DNA of 64,000 bases. It comes from Paraspadella gotoi (taxonomy: Eukaryota > Animalia > Chaetognatha). The notes beneath the pieces were generated by a model, which saw only the letters and a list, made by a program, of their open reading frames with translations, did not search any database and had not been told where the DNA came from. Where the stretch lies: assembly GCA_051294375.1 (NCBI GenBank), contig CM119266.1:27204718-27268717 (forward strand), read 5' to 3'. The translations under genes were made by a program, and so were the position numbers. Below, piece after piece: positions 23,545-35,900 of this stretch; within the stretch, counting starts at the first letter, position 1; the number at the start of each line of letters is the position of its first letter.

Positions 23545-25141
23545 TTCGTTAAGTTTTGTGAGGCGGATTTAAAAACGTCGAACACCGGCGTCCAGACACG
23601 TCATAAATCGGGAACAGCTGCTGCAGTTGGGAGGAGGAACACGGATTGACGAGTTCGAAAGAATGCAATAAAAAGTTTAAGTTCTTTAATCTTTGTTCAA
23701 GATTAAATGAACCTGTTTAAGCCTTAACTTAAGGTTAAGGATGTGAATATTTAGCTTTTAGATAACATTTTGGACTTTGTCCTATTAGGAAAACGAAAAA
23801 AAATATATTGTTAGGTTCAAATTTCGCATATTCGAATAAAAGTTCTCTCAACTGAAATAAACGACCCGAGCATAAACGAAAAAAAGGGGCTCGGAAACTG
23901 TTCACTTTTCGTGTCTCGGTAATCGACTCATTCTTACCAAGCTGACATTGATATCGGGGTTACAATTTCAAGACAAGTTTCAAGAACTGGATTATGCGAA
24001 GAAAAAACCTGTTAGATAAAAACGGGGCGGTTTGACCCTAAACATAAATAGTTTTCTTAACTGAGAATAGAATTAAGGCGAATTGTTAAATCTTTTTCGA
24101 TTAAACAGTAGGAACAATTGCCACTTTGAAGTGTTTGTGTACAATATATATATAAAATATATTGATGTATTTTGATGCTAGTGCGGAGTACAATAAGTAT
24201 TCCCCGATCTAATTGAAACATTCTTTTAAATATGATACCACTTCATTGATAGGGAAGCCTGGAACTCTGGGAGTGAATAAACGAGAACCTGTTATGTCAT
24301 TATCTTGTAAGAGTGATGGTGATGACGTAGAAAGTGACTGGTTATCATTCTCGTGAATTCTCTTGATTGAAGCCTCTAAAATCCTTTGACACACTCCATC
24401 ACTGCACTCACTTTTCCAATTGCATCTCCACATTCCCTCGCCACAATCCTTCGGCAGCCTTCGCTGACCACAATCCCTCACCCACTCTTATTCTCATCCC
24501 CTCGTCTCGTTCCTTCTCTCGCCATCTCGCGAGATGGTCTTTTGATGACCAGCGACGTCGCTGGGATGATGCGGAGACGAATCAAGTGACGGTAGACCGA
24601 GTGGAGAGAGAACTATTGGCCATTGCAGAGTGTCTACGGTCAGCGGTCTTCTGAGGGCGCAGATATAGTAGATGAAGCAATGGCAAGTTAACGTTGTAAC
24701 ACTCTTTCGGCAAACAAAAACATGCAACATCATTATTAATTTCTTAATTCGTGTTTATCGCCTTTGTTGCTTTCACTTCCCTTTTATCTTATATTCTTTA
24801 ATATGTTCTTTAATAAAACCTAAAACCAAAGTTGTATAATTTTTTTTCAAGCCGAGATAAAAAAAATCAAAACACATTCCTTACCTAAATAATCACTTTG
24901 AAAAACTACGTAAATCATCAGAACCTTTCCAAACAATATCAATACATAATGAAAACTTTAATTTAATCATAAATTTGAACGTTCATTTTCAATTAACGCC
25001 TCTGGATCCTCGAAAGGACGAGTCGATTTTATGATCGCCTCGACAGATTTCTGATTCGTAAGCGAAGACGAAAGAGATAAAACGATCGTTCGCCGCCATT
25101 CAACTTAGCCAAGCGTGAAATGACTCGGTGAGTGAGTGAGA

Positions 25142-25224
<83 letters not shown>

Positions 25225-28089
25225 CCTTCCCCCACGAAAACAATCATACTTTTTTTTTCCCGTCGGTTTTTTGATGACATCTGGTTGACATACGCCGTCG
25301 TCGTCCTCATCATGGCAACCGCCGCTGGTGATCGTCGTCGTCGTCGTCGTCAGTGTCATCTTTCATCGACTCTTTGACCCCTCGTCGTCTATCAAGTCAT
25401 CAATGTCGTCGTCGTCATTTGCGTCCTGGTTTGTCGTTTGCGTCGTCGTTGTCTTCGTCGTCCTTCTTAATTTAGTCGCCTCCTCGACATCTCATCGGCA
25501 CAAATTATGTCTTCGAAGGTCAAACAATCGTCCTCGTCGTCGTCACTGTCGGTCGCTCGCTTTTCCTTTGTGACGGTGATATTCACAAATGACTTTGTTG
25601 CATTTTTTTGGCGTCTTCTTCAACCCCCAAAAAAGTCATCATACATGTATTCCGCCCAACCGCCCGCCTCCTAATTCCATGCCGCCCGCCACCCGCCACT
25701 TTTCCCGCCCTTCCTCCCGCCGTTCGTCTCTTTCCGCCCGCCACGATCGCATCCAGGGATTCCCTTAGTCTCCTGCGTCTAACGCTCCTGCACTCGCAGA
25801 TCGCGCGCACATTCTTCTTCAGCCTGCCTCCCGTCCCCCCCTTCCCAATCCACCTACCCAACCCCACCTGCCTTTGTTCCTTCAAACCACCAAAAAAAAC
25901 CCCACCGACCATAAAAACGAGTTTCGCGGAACCGACGCCGCCGCCGCCGCCGCCGTTGCCGCCGCCGCCGTCGCCGCCGCCAACCCCGCCACCGACGCCG
26001 CCACCAAACGACGCCGACTCGTTGGCCTCCGAACGATGATTTAGACACAATGGGGGAGAGAAGATCCTTCCATTCATCCTTCCAATGGATATATCGGGTC
26101 TTCCACACCCCCTTTTTCCTTCTCCCTCTCTGTGACTCTCACCCCCTGGTCGAGTTTTCACATCACATCGCTTCACTTGATCACAGTGTTTTCGAGTCGA
26201 ACATCATTTCGTCGGCTTCCCGGGGCGCCACTGATGGGGTAAGGAAGAGGGTTTGAAGGGGAGGGGGTAGAAGGGGTGCAGTCATGAAGGATGAGAAAGG
26301 GGGGCGAGTTAAAAAGGGGTCGAAGATCGCGGGAAAATTGAAAACGGAAAGGAGAAGAAAGGAGGAGGATAGAAAGAAGAAAGGATGAGGATAGAAAGGA
26401 GGATAGAAAGAAGAAAAGATGAGGATAGAAAGGAGGAGGATAGAAAGAAGAAAGGATGAGGTTAGAAAGTAGAAAGGATGAGAACGGTGAAAGAAAAAAA
26501 AGTTTCTTCGAGAAAATCCGTGTTAGAGTTTGGGGTCATGTATATGATGTCGCACCTTTTTAGTGAAGTATTTGATAATGATTTTTTTTTTCATACTTTT
26601 TGTATTAATTTTTTTGTTCTTCTTTATTTGTTTTCATTTTACAATTTGCAAAAATATCCAATAGTTATACATTCTCGTTATAATTTATTTCTTATCACGT
26701 CGTATATTTGTCGTCATATGAATATTGAATAATAGTCTGTAAATATATATATTAAAAATTAGGTAAATCATTTGCCCCATCATTGGGCCTTTCAGTCTTC
26801 TGCGCTCTGATAATTTTTGTTCTTCCCAAAACTTTCGCATGAGAGTCGCTCCGCGCGACCAAAAAAAAGAAAAAGAAAGAAATAAAAAGAAAATAAAAAA
26901 GCTTTTTTCGGGAAAGAATTTTTCGATTCTTCTTCTCTTCTTTTCTTTTGACCATTTTATGAGCCTCACGCGGCGACGGTGATGGAAGAGCGAGGAGACC
27001 ACGAAACACCCACTGACCTCGTCTCAAGACCACAAACTAAGAGAATCGTTGGCAGACAACCACAATCTCATGTCGAACAAAGCGAGTCAAAGAGTGAAAA
27101 GTCATATAAGCCTTAGCATTATGCCTCGGCGCGATGATGCATGGAAAAACGGTAATCATTAAATAACTAAAAATTTGAGGAGGCTATCCAATTTAAATAT
27201 TCATTACTCAACCAAATATAAATTAAATGATGCATATCATATCAACCACTCTTATACTTTCATATAATTAACGCGACTCTATGTGGCCCATCAAGCAGTT
27301 CTGTTCCGTTGTAAAGGCCCCAATAAATAAAATCTTCAGTCTCAGCCAATCTAAACTCTTTTATTTGTAGGGTTCAATTCATTTAACCAATCAAATCTCA
27401 TCTCATCATAACCATGTCGCCATCGTGTCGATTCCGATCTCTTTTCTATACCCATTACCACTCCCTCCACGAATTTTGCCCCCCCCCCCGAGACTCAATT
27501 TTCGTAGAGTTTTTTAAGCTATATTGTAGGATACCGCTGGTTCCTGCGACTGACCACAAAACTGTTTCTTTTCGACAACCAATTTTAACGGGCCTCTCTG
27601 GACTTTCTCCTCTCTTCCCGACCGCTAGCGCCGCCACAGTTCCCGAGAGAAACGGCGCCAATTTTATGGTTGAAACGAAAATTTGCTGGAATTTTCTCAT
27701 AAACGCTGTCGTCGTCGTCGTAGTCGTAGTCGTCGTCGTCGTCGTCTTTTTCTTCTTCTTCTTCCTATGCAGCTTCATTTGTCTGTCTGGGTGTCTGTCG
27801 GCGGTGTCTGCGTTTTCGGAGCTGTACCTCCCAACGCGATTTATAATTTCGATGATTTGTTTTATAATCCTCGTCGCCATTAACATGGTCTTCCTGGTCT
27901 GACTCCTCCTCCTCCTCCTCCTCCTCCTCCGATGTCGATGATAATGATTCCCTTCTGAATCGAGTCCATCGCGACTAAAAGAAAAAAAAAAGAAACGAAC
28001 GATTTCCTTTTATTTTTTTTCTTTTATTTTCATTATCGCTTTGACCATCAGCGGAAATGAAGGGCCATTGGAGAATTCCGGAAGAGAGA

Positions 28090-28195
<106 letters not shown>

Positions 28196-28816
28196 CGTGA
28201 TAAATGGCAAACAAGCATCCTTACAAACAGTCAAGCGGAAAAAACAAGACTAAAACAGGAATCGACTGTAATCTTTACGTATTTATCGTCAACACACACA
28301 TTGTTTTCTAATCGAATCTTCCAATTTTTCGTCATTGCAGTCAGCGACGCCGTCTTAGTCGTTGGTTTATGGATTATTTACTCTTTATTTACCTCATCAG
28401 TGGTAATTCGAAATTGAATGTTATTTAATATCTGATTTCTATTAATCTCCAGAATATTCAGTGAATATTATTCACCCTAGGACTATCTCGTGATAATGAC
28501 GCCGTCGTCATCTTCGTCGTCATCTTCGTCGTCGTCGTCGTCTTATTCGATGTCATCGGCCACGTCAAGAAAGGGGCCATCGGGGTTCGTTTCCTTGATT
28601 AAATTCTATATTCGAGTCATGCGTAACGCAATCTCATCGACGTCGCCGCCTTCGCCCGCTGATACCTTTGTCACCAGTGTGCCACTCCTATCACCACCTC
28701 CACCACCAACACCACCCACCCTGCCACTCCCACCACACCCCCGACCGGCGCCTTTTGTGACGGCGATCATCGATAAAAATCCCCGCCTCCTCTTCGGCGC
28801 CTTCATTACGAGGCCC

Positions 28817-29665
28817 TCTGGCGGGACTTTAAAAGTGGCCCTTTGCTTGATTAAGTTGGCCTCTCTGACGGGACTTTAGAAATGGCCCTTTGCTTGATTA
28901 AGTTGGAATGTCTGGCGGGACTTTAAAAGTGGCCCTTTGCTTGATTAAGTTGACCTCTCTGATGGGACTTTAGAAATGGCCCTTTGCTTGATTAAGTTGG
29001 AATGTCTGGCAGGACTTTAAAAGTGGCCCTTTGCTTGATTAAGTTGACATCTCTGACGGGACTTTAAAAATGGGCCTTAGCTTGATTAAGTTGGAATGTC
29101 TGGTGGGATTTTAAAAGTGGCCCTTTGCTTGATTAAGTTGACCTCTCTGACGGGACTTTAGAAATGGCCCTTTGCTTAAGTTGGAATGTCTGGCGGGACT
29201 TTAAAAGTGGCCCTTTGCTTGATTAAGTTGACCTCTCTGGCAGGACTTTAAAAATGGCCCTTAGCTTGATTAAGTTGGAATGTCTGGCGGGATTTTAAAA
29301 GTGGCCCTTTGCTTAAGTTGACATCTCTGATGGGAATTTAGAAATGGCACTTTGCTTGATTAAGTTGGAATGTCTAGCGGGACTTTAAAAGTGGCCCTTT
29401 GCTTGATTAAGTTGACCTCTCTGACGGGACTTTAGAAATGGCCCTTCTCTTAATTAAGTTGGCCTGTCTGGTGGGACTTTAAAAGTGGCCCATTGCTTGA
29501 TTAAGTTAGCCTCTCTGACGGGACTTTAGAAATGGCCCTTCTCTTAATTAAGTTGGCCATTCTGATGGCACTTTCAAAATGACTCTTTTCCTAATTACGT
29601 TGGCCTCTATGGCGAGACTTTCAAAACGCCCTTTGCTTGATTAAGCTGGCCTCTCTGGCGTGATT
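28817..29665. repeat. 47-bp minisatellite, about 18 units, alternating A/B monomers (94-bp dimer)
   Basis: A: TCTGGCGGGACTTTAAAAGTGGCCCTTTGCTTGATTAAGTTGACCTC; B: TCTGACGGGACTTTAGAAATGGCCCTTTGCTTGATTAAGTTGGAATG. Units start at 28817, 28864, 28911 and so on. Confidence 0.95.
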
Positions 29666-29854
29666 TTACAATACCGACTTTAGCTCTCGGTCTCTCCTTT
29701 TTTCTCACTCTTATTATACATAAAGTCAGGGGCAAGATGGCTTATTTATTAAATGAATGGATAATTTTTCTATTGGTTGTACCAATTTCATAATGTATTT
29801 AATGATTACGTGCTTACAACAAACACAATCACTTTGCTCAGTTACTTTTCCCCA

Positions 29855-30852
29855 TTAGACGTTGACGGCGATGAGTCCCGCCCGGCGCCCCGCTCTATCT
29901 GCTACGTTGCGAGGAGGCGCCCTTGTACCCTGATGCCGGGGAAAACGACAATGAACCAATGAAAGAAGACGAAGGAAAAAATTATACCATGTTTTGGGGA
30001 TTGAAAAAAAATACGATGTCAGGTGTCGAATTGTTCTATATAGTATATACACCAAAATCTTTGGATCATGATGTCTAATATCTAATTAGAAAATTAGGGC
30101 AGAAAGTAACTTTTACGTTTGTGTTGTAAAGATGCTCTGTGGTGGTATATTCACACCACCTCACGTCCACGATCGTTCAGCCTATACCATTGGCTCAGAG
30201 GGGGAACACACCATCCTAGGCTTTATGTTCCATCCAGTCCTAACAAATTCCCTCTTCGTTGGCAAAGCAAGACCTCCTAGGGTAACCGCACCAGTGACTG
30301 GATGCGTCACTGATTGTCGGAAGCCCCCAAAGCCAACAGTGAGATGTCCCCAATGGGCAACACAGGCAACCCGGATGTTACCATTCTCCCTCTATTTCCC
30401 GAAGACAACACTAACATCCCGCTCCCAATTTACTTTATATAATGAATATAATTGAATCTAATAAATAGTGAATTTTATTACATTTTTAAATTTAAATATA
30501 CAATTTTAAACACCCTCTCTCTCTCTCGTCCTTAATTACCGCCTGCCGACCGCGTTACTCGATGTCCCACCGGGTCCCTGCCCTGGGCATCCTTTCATTC
30601 TCTCTTTCATAACAGACTCTATATATTTGCTTCTTTATGAGGCTCCCCCTTTCTACCTCGTTATGCGCCGTCCGGTCCTCGTGTGCCTCATGTTCGGTGC
30701 AATCGGGTCAGTTTAACGGGTCATTTTGTCATTTCGCCGAGCAGATGTTAACCATCTGACCGCACTCTTTTTTCCTTTCTCTTTTTTGTAAAGCTTGTTA
30801 TCCCTCTCTATCTTTCTCATTCCGTCTGTCAATCTGACTTTCTGTCTGTTGG

Positions 30853-30899
<47 letters not shown>

Positions 30900-31696
30900 C
30901 TTAATTACCGCCTGCCGACCGCGTTACTCGATGTCCCGCCGGGTCCCCGCCCCGGGCATCCTTTCATTCTCTCTTTCATAACAGACTCCATATATTTGCT
31001 TCTTTATGAGGCTCCCCCTTTCCGCCTCGTTATGCGCCGTCCGGGCCTCGTAACAGGAAATATTGAAAAAAAAAGCCTTTTATGATTGTTATTCGGTCCG
31101 CGTTCGCGGGCACGAGGACCGCGAAACGTTATACGTGAAAAATTTCTCCTTCTCTCGTGGTTTTTTAAAATGAAATGATGAAGAGTTTTTAATTTGTCCA
31201 ATTGAGCGCCAGGTCCTGTCGTAAAGTGCTCCGTTCATTTTAGACTGAGAAAATGAAACTTAATTTAATAAATTATTCTTTATGTATATACTCTCCTTTC
31301 GTTGTTTTTGAGGTATTAGGAAAAAACAGTTTTTGTTTGACAACGATTTATTTGACACAATTTAGTCAGACATGTTTCGGCTCTAAATGAATGAGCCGAA
31401 ACATGTCTGACTAAATTGTGTCAAATAAATCGTTGTCAAACAAAAACTGTTTTTTCCTAAATTATTCTTATACAATCTTACAAAAAGTTAAGCATTGTTA
31501 AGTTCAAAGGTAAATCCGCTTAACTCGACGAAGACGCGGGTTAAACCTCAAAAACCAGTCATCGACTGGCGGTCGACTTTAAAATATGGCTCCAACGCAA
31601 CGCTCTTTCCATCTCGCGGAGAAAAAAAGAACCATTTTCCTCGGGTATTTTTGGATGCCGATGACGCCGCCGCCGTTATCGTCTTCTTCGTGGCCT

Positions 31697-31729
<33 letters not shown>

Positions 31730-32871
31730 GTTGCCAAAGTTTAAAGAAGAGCGACGGCGGACATCATTATTTCCGAAAAGCGATTTTTCTTTTTTTTTCT
31801 TCTCACTTCTTCTTCCTTTCCTCTCATACTCCTTTACTTAACTAACTGTCTCTTCTAGTTTTACTCTCTTTTTTCTCCTTTTCTTCTCCCACGTCTCTTT
31901 TCCCCCTTGTATTTTCTTTCTTTCTTTTTCTTTCCACTTTTTTTTATGCTTTTGATCCCTCCTTATCGGTTTTCTACCTTTGGCCCTCATGTCAATAATT
32001 CTCCAATCGCCATTTCCTTTTACTTACCATTCTTTTCCTTGACCTTATTCGCCACTCTGAATAATTCGCTCGAAAATTTTACCCCCTTACCTGCAAATGG
32101 CCACCATCAGTGTCCGAGGCCAAGCAACCGCCGACGAATTCAAGGTCGCCTTGACGAAGTGAATACCGAGATCTACATTCTGCAATCTGCAATCTGCATC
32201 TTACGATCGCGACGATGCTGATAACGTCGACGACAACGACGACAACGACAAAGAATCGATATCCTTGCATATAAAGCCGTAATGCTTGTCAGTTCCACTC
32301 GGGAACCAACGAAAATCGCAGGTAATTCGAAGCGGAATTTCCTCCCCATTTTCCCGCTCTTTTTTTTCCTTTCCTTTCGATCTCCTTTCATTTTCTCCTT
32401 CCATTCATCTCATCTCCTTTTTTTTATTCTTTTCTTTTTTCCTCTTCTCTCCTTTCCTCCTCAATTCTCCTTCGTTTCCTTTCGGACTTTAATTTCCTCT
32501 TTTTTTTTCGTTTGTGTCCTCGTTGTCTTCTCGCTTTCCTTCCTCTTCTTTCTTTGTCCTTTCCTCTCTTTTTTTTTCTTCTATTCTATCTCATCTCTTA
32601 TGAGGTCATTCGATGCTCAATTTCCTCTCTTTCCTCAGATGCCCTTTCCTTTTTTCTTTCCTTTTTCATTTCCTTCCTTTTCATTTTCTCATTTTTTTTT
32701 ACAGTTACTCCCTTTTCCATCCTTCCTCCCTAATTCCTTTTCTTTTTCCTCTCTTTTCTTTTTTCTCCGCGAGAAAGAATAGAACCGTCGTCAAATAAAT
32801 AAGCTTTAACGACGTCAACACTCGAATTCGCGTCTTCGTTCTCCCTGACCAATAAACACATCGACGAGTGT

Positions 32872-32934
<63 letters not shown>

Positions 32935-35900
32935 CGTCTTTTGCGCGTTCGAACTCGTGTTTCTCGGCCGCGCGAACCCTGTTATTATGAAGGAGGGAGG
33001 AGAGAAAGCCTCCCAGAACGATATTTCCTCGAACAAGCGCTGGAGCGCCTTCCTTGATGCGTTTTCAGTAGCCGATTCAGCCCATTGGCTGTTTCTCTTT
33101 TTTTTAATTCTTTGTACCTAAATAAACAAGCGTTTTTAGTCCGCAGTTAAAGCATACACATATATTATATGTATGTGCAGTGGAGTGCAGTGGAGTGCAG
33201 TGCACTGGAGCAAGAGGTTTACCGACTCGAACCATTGACCAAAAAGTCGGCCATATTTGTTATTTTCACGAAGCGGCGCTGTAGGAATTGAGCATGAGTA
33301 ACTCTCGCGCGATATATCAAGTTTGTATTCTGGAAAGTGTATTGCTGTATTCGAGTTTAAAACATTTCCCTTGGACTGAAAATTACTAATTTTTCCTTCT
33401 AAAATTCCTGGCATTCAACTCTCGACTCTTGCCCACGGTCGGTCTTCCAAATTCCAAACAATGAAAACCTCGAGAAAGAACTCTTCGCTTTTCCGCCAAG
33501 AGAGAGATTGAGTAGGTTAGGCCAAGTGGGCTGCGAGCGGGGGAACCGCTGAGCGGGTGGGAGGGAACCGGGATGGGGATGGGAAACGGGGAGAAAAGGA
33601 TTGGGACAAATGAGTAGAGGGTTAGAGAGCAAAGTGGGGCCGGAGGGAAAGAGGGTGAGGGGACAGGGGAGGGGAACGGGGTAGAGAAAGGATTGGGACA
33701 AATGAGTAGGTTTAGGCAAAGTGGGGGCGGGAGGGGAACGAGGGGAGGGATCAGGGAGAAGGATTGGGACAAATGAGTAGGTTTAGGCAAAGTGGGGGCG
33801 GGAGGGAACGAGGCGGGGGAACGATGGGGGGACATGGAAAAAGGATTGGACAAATGAGTAGGGTTAGGCAAAGTGGGGGCGGAAAAGCGAAGAGTTCTTT
33901 CTCGAGGTTTCATTGTAGGCGTGGGATGACGGAAAAATATCACAGGGCCTCGCTATCAAGCCAGAACGGAGAAGAAAGGAATCGGGGACAATTGAGTAAG
34001 GTTAGGCAAAGTGGGGCGGGAGGGAACTGAGGGGGGGGTAACGGGGAGAAAAGGATTGGGACAAATGAGTAGGTTTAGGGCAAAGTGGGGGCGGGAGGGA
34101 ACGAGGGTGGGAGGGAACGAGGGGGAGGGGAACGGGGAGAAAGGATTGGGACAAATGAGTAGGGTTAGGCAAAGTGGGGGGCGGGAGGGAAAGAGGGTGG
34201 GAGGGAATGAGGGGAGGGAAACGGGGAGAAAGGATTGGGACAAATGAGTAGGGTTAAGCAAAGTGGGGCGGGAGGGAAAGAGGGTGAGGGGAACGAGGGG
34301 GGGAACGGGGAGAAAAGGATTGGGACAAATGAGTAGGTTTAGGCAAAGTGGGGGCGGGAGGGAACGAGGGGAGGGGATCGGGGAAAGAAAGGATTGGGAC
34401 AAATGAGTAGGTTAGGCAAAGTGGGGCCGGGAGGGAACGAGGGCGGGGGAACGATGGGGGGGACATGGAAAAAGGATTGGGACAAATGAGTAGGGTAGGC
34501 AAAGTGAGGGCGGAAAAGCGAAGAGTTCTCTCGAGGTTTTCATTGTAGGGTGGATGACGGAAAATATACAGGGCCTCGCTATCAAGCCAGAACGATGGGG
34601 GGAATGAGGGGGGGGGAATGGGGATAAAGGATCGGGACAAATGAGTAAGGTTAGGCAAAGTGGGGGCGGGAGGGAACGAGGGGAGGGGATCGGGGAGAAA
34701 GGATTGGGACAAATGAGTAGGGTTAGGCAAAGTGGGGGGGGAAGGGAAAGAGGGTGGAGGGGACACAAGGGGAGGGGAACGGGGAGAAGGATTGGGACAT
34801 GAGTAGGGTTAGGCAAAGTGGGGCGGGAGGGAACGAGGGGGGGGTACGGGGAGAAAGGATTGGACAAATGAGTAGGTTTAGGCAAAGTGGGGGCGGGAGG
34901 GAACGAGAGGGTGAGGGGAACGAGGGGAGGGGAAAGGGGAGAAAGGATTGGGACAAATGAGTAGGGTTAGGCAAAGTGGGGGCGAGGGAATGAGGTGGGA
35001 GGGAACGAGGTGAGGGGAACGAGGGGAGGGGAACGGGGAGAAAGGATTGGGACAAATGAGTAGGTTTAGGCAAAGTGGGGGCGGGAGGGAACGAGGGGAG
35101 GGATCAGGGAGAAAGGATTGGGACAAATGAGTAGGTTTAGGCAAAGTGGGGGCGGGAGGGAACGAGGGCGGGGGGAACGATGGGGGGACATGAAAAAGGA
35201 TTGGAACAAATGAGTAGGGTTAGGCAAAGTGGGGGCGGAAAAGCGAAGAGTTCTTTCTCGAGGTTTTCATTGTAGGGTGGATGACGGAAAATATCACAGG
35301 GCCTCGCTATCAAGCCAGAACGGAGAGAAAGGATCGGGACAAATGAGTAAGGTTAGGCAAAGTGGGGGCGGGAGGGAATGAGGGGGGGTAACGGGGAGAA
35401 AGGATTGGGACAAATGAGTAGGTTTAGGCAAAGTGGGGGCGGCGGGAGGAAACGAGGGAGGGGAACGGGGAGAAAGGATTGGGACAAATGAGTAGGTTAG
35501 CAAAGTGGGGGCGGGAGGGAAAGAGGGTGGGAGGGATGAGGGAGGGGAACGGGGAGAAAGGATTGGACAATGAGTAGGGTTAGCAAAGTGGGGCGGGAGG
35601 AAAGAGGGTGAGGGGAACGAGGGGAGGGAACGGGGAGAAAGGATTGGGACAAATGAGTAGGTTTAGGCAAAGTGGGGCGGGAGGGAACGAGGGGAGGGGA
35701 TCGGGGAGAAAGGATTGGGACAAATGAGTAGGTTTAGGCAAAGTGGGGGCGGGAGGGAACGAGGCGCGGGGAACGATGGGGGGGGACATGGAAAAAGGAT
35801 TGGGACAAATGAGTAGGGTTAGGCAAAGTGAGGGCGGAAAAAGCGAAAAGTTCTTTCTCGAGGTTTTCATTGTAGGGTGGATGACGGAAATATCACAAGG

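Noticed and set aside
25583-26176. Pro-rich / Gly-rich ORFs (formin- or extensin-like)
   Set aside because: Driven by a (CCG)n microsatellite; no domain or convincing splice context.
28817-29665. CRISPR-like regular repeat array
   Set aside because: Units are contiguous 47-mers with no unique spacers, there are no cas genes, and the context is eukaryotic.
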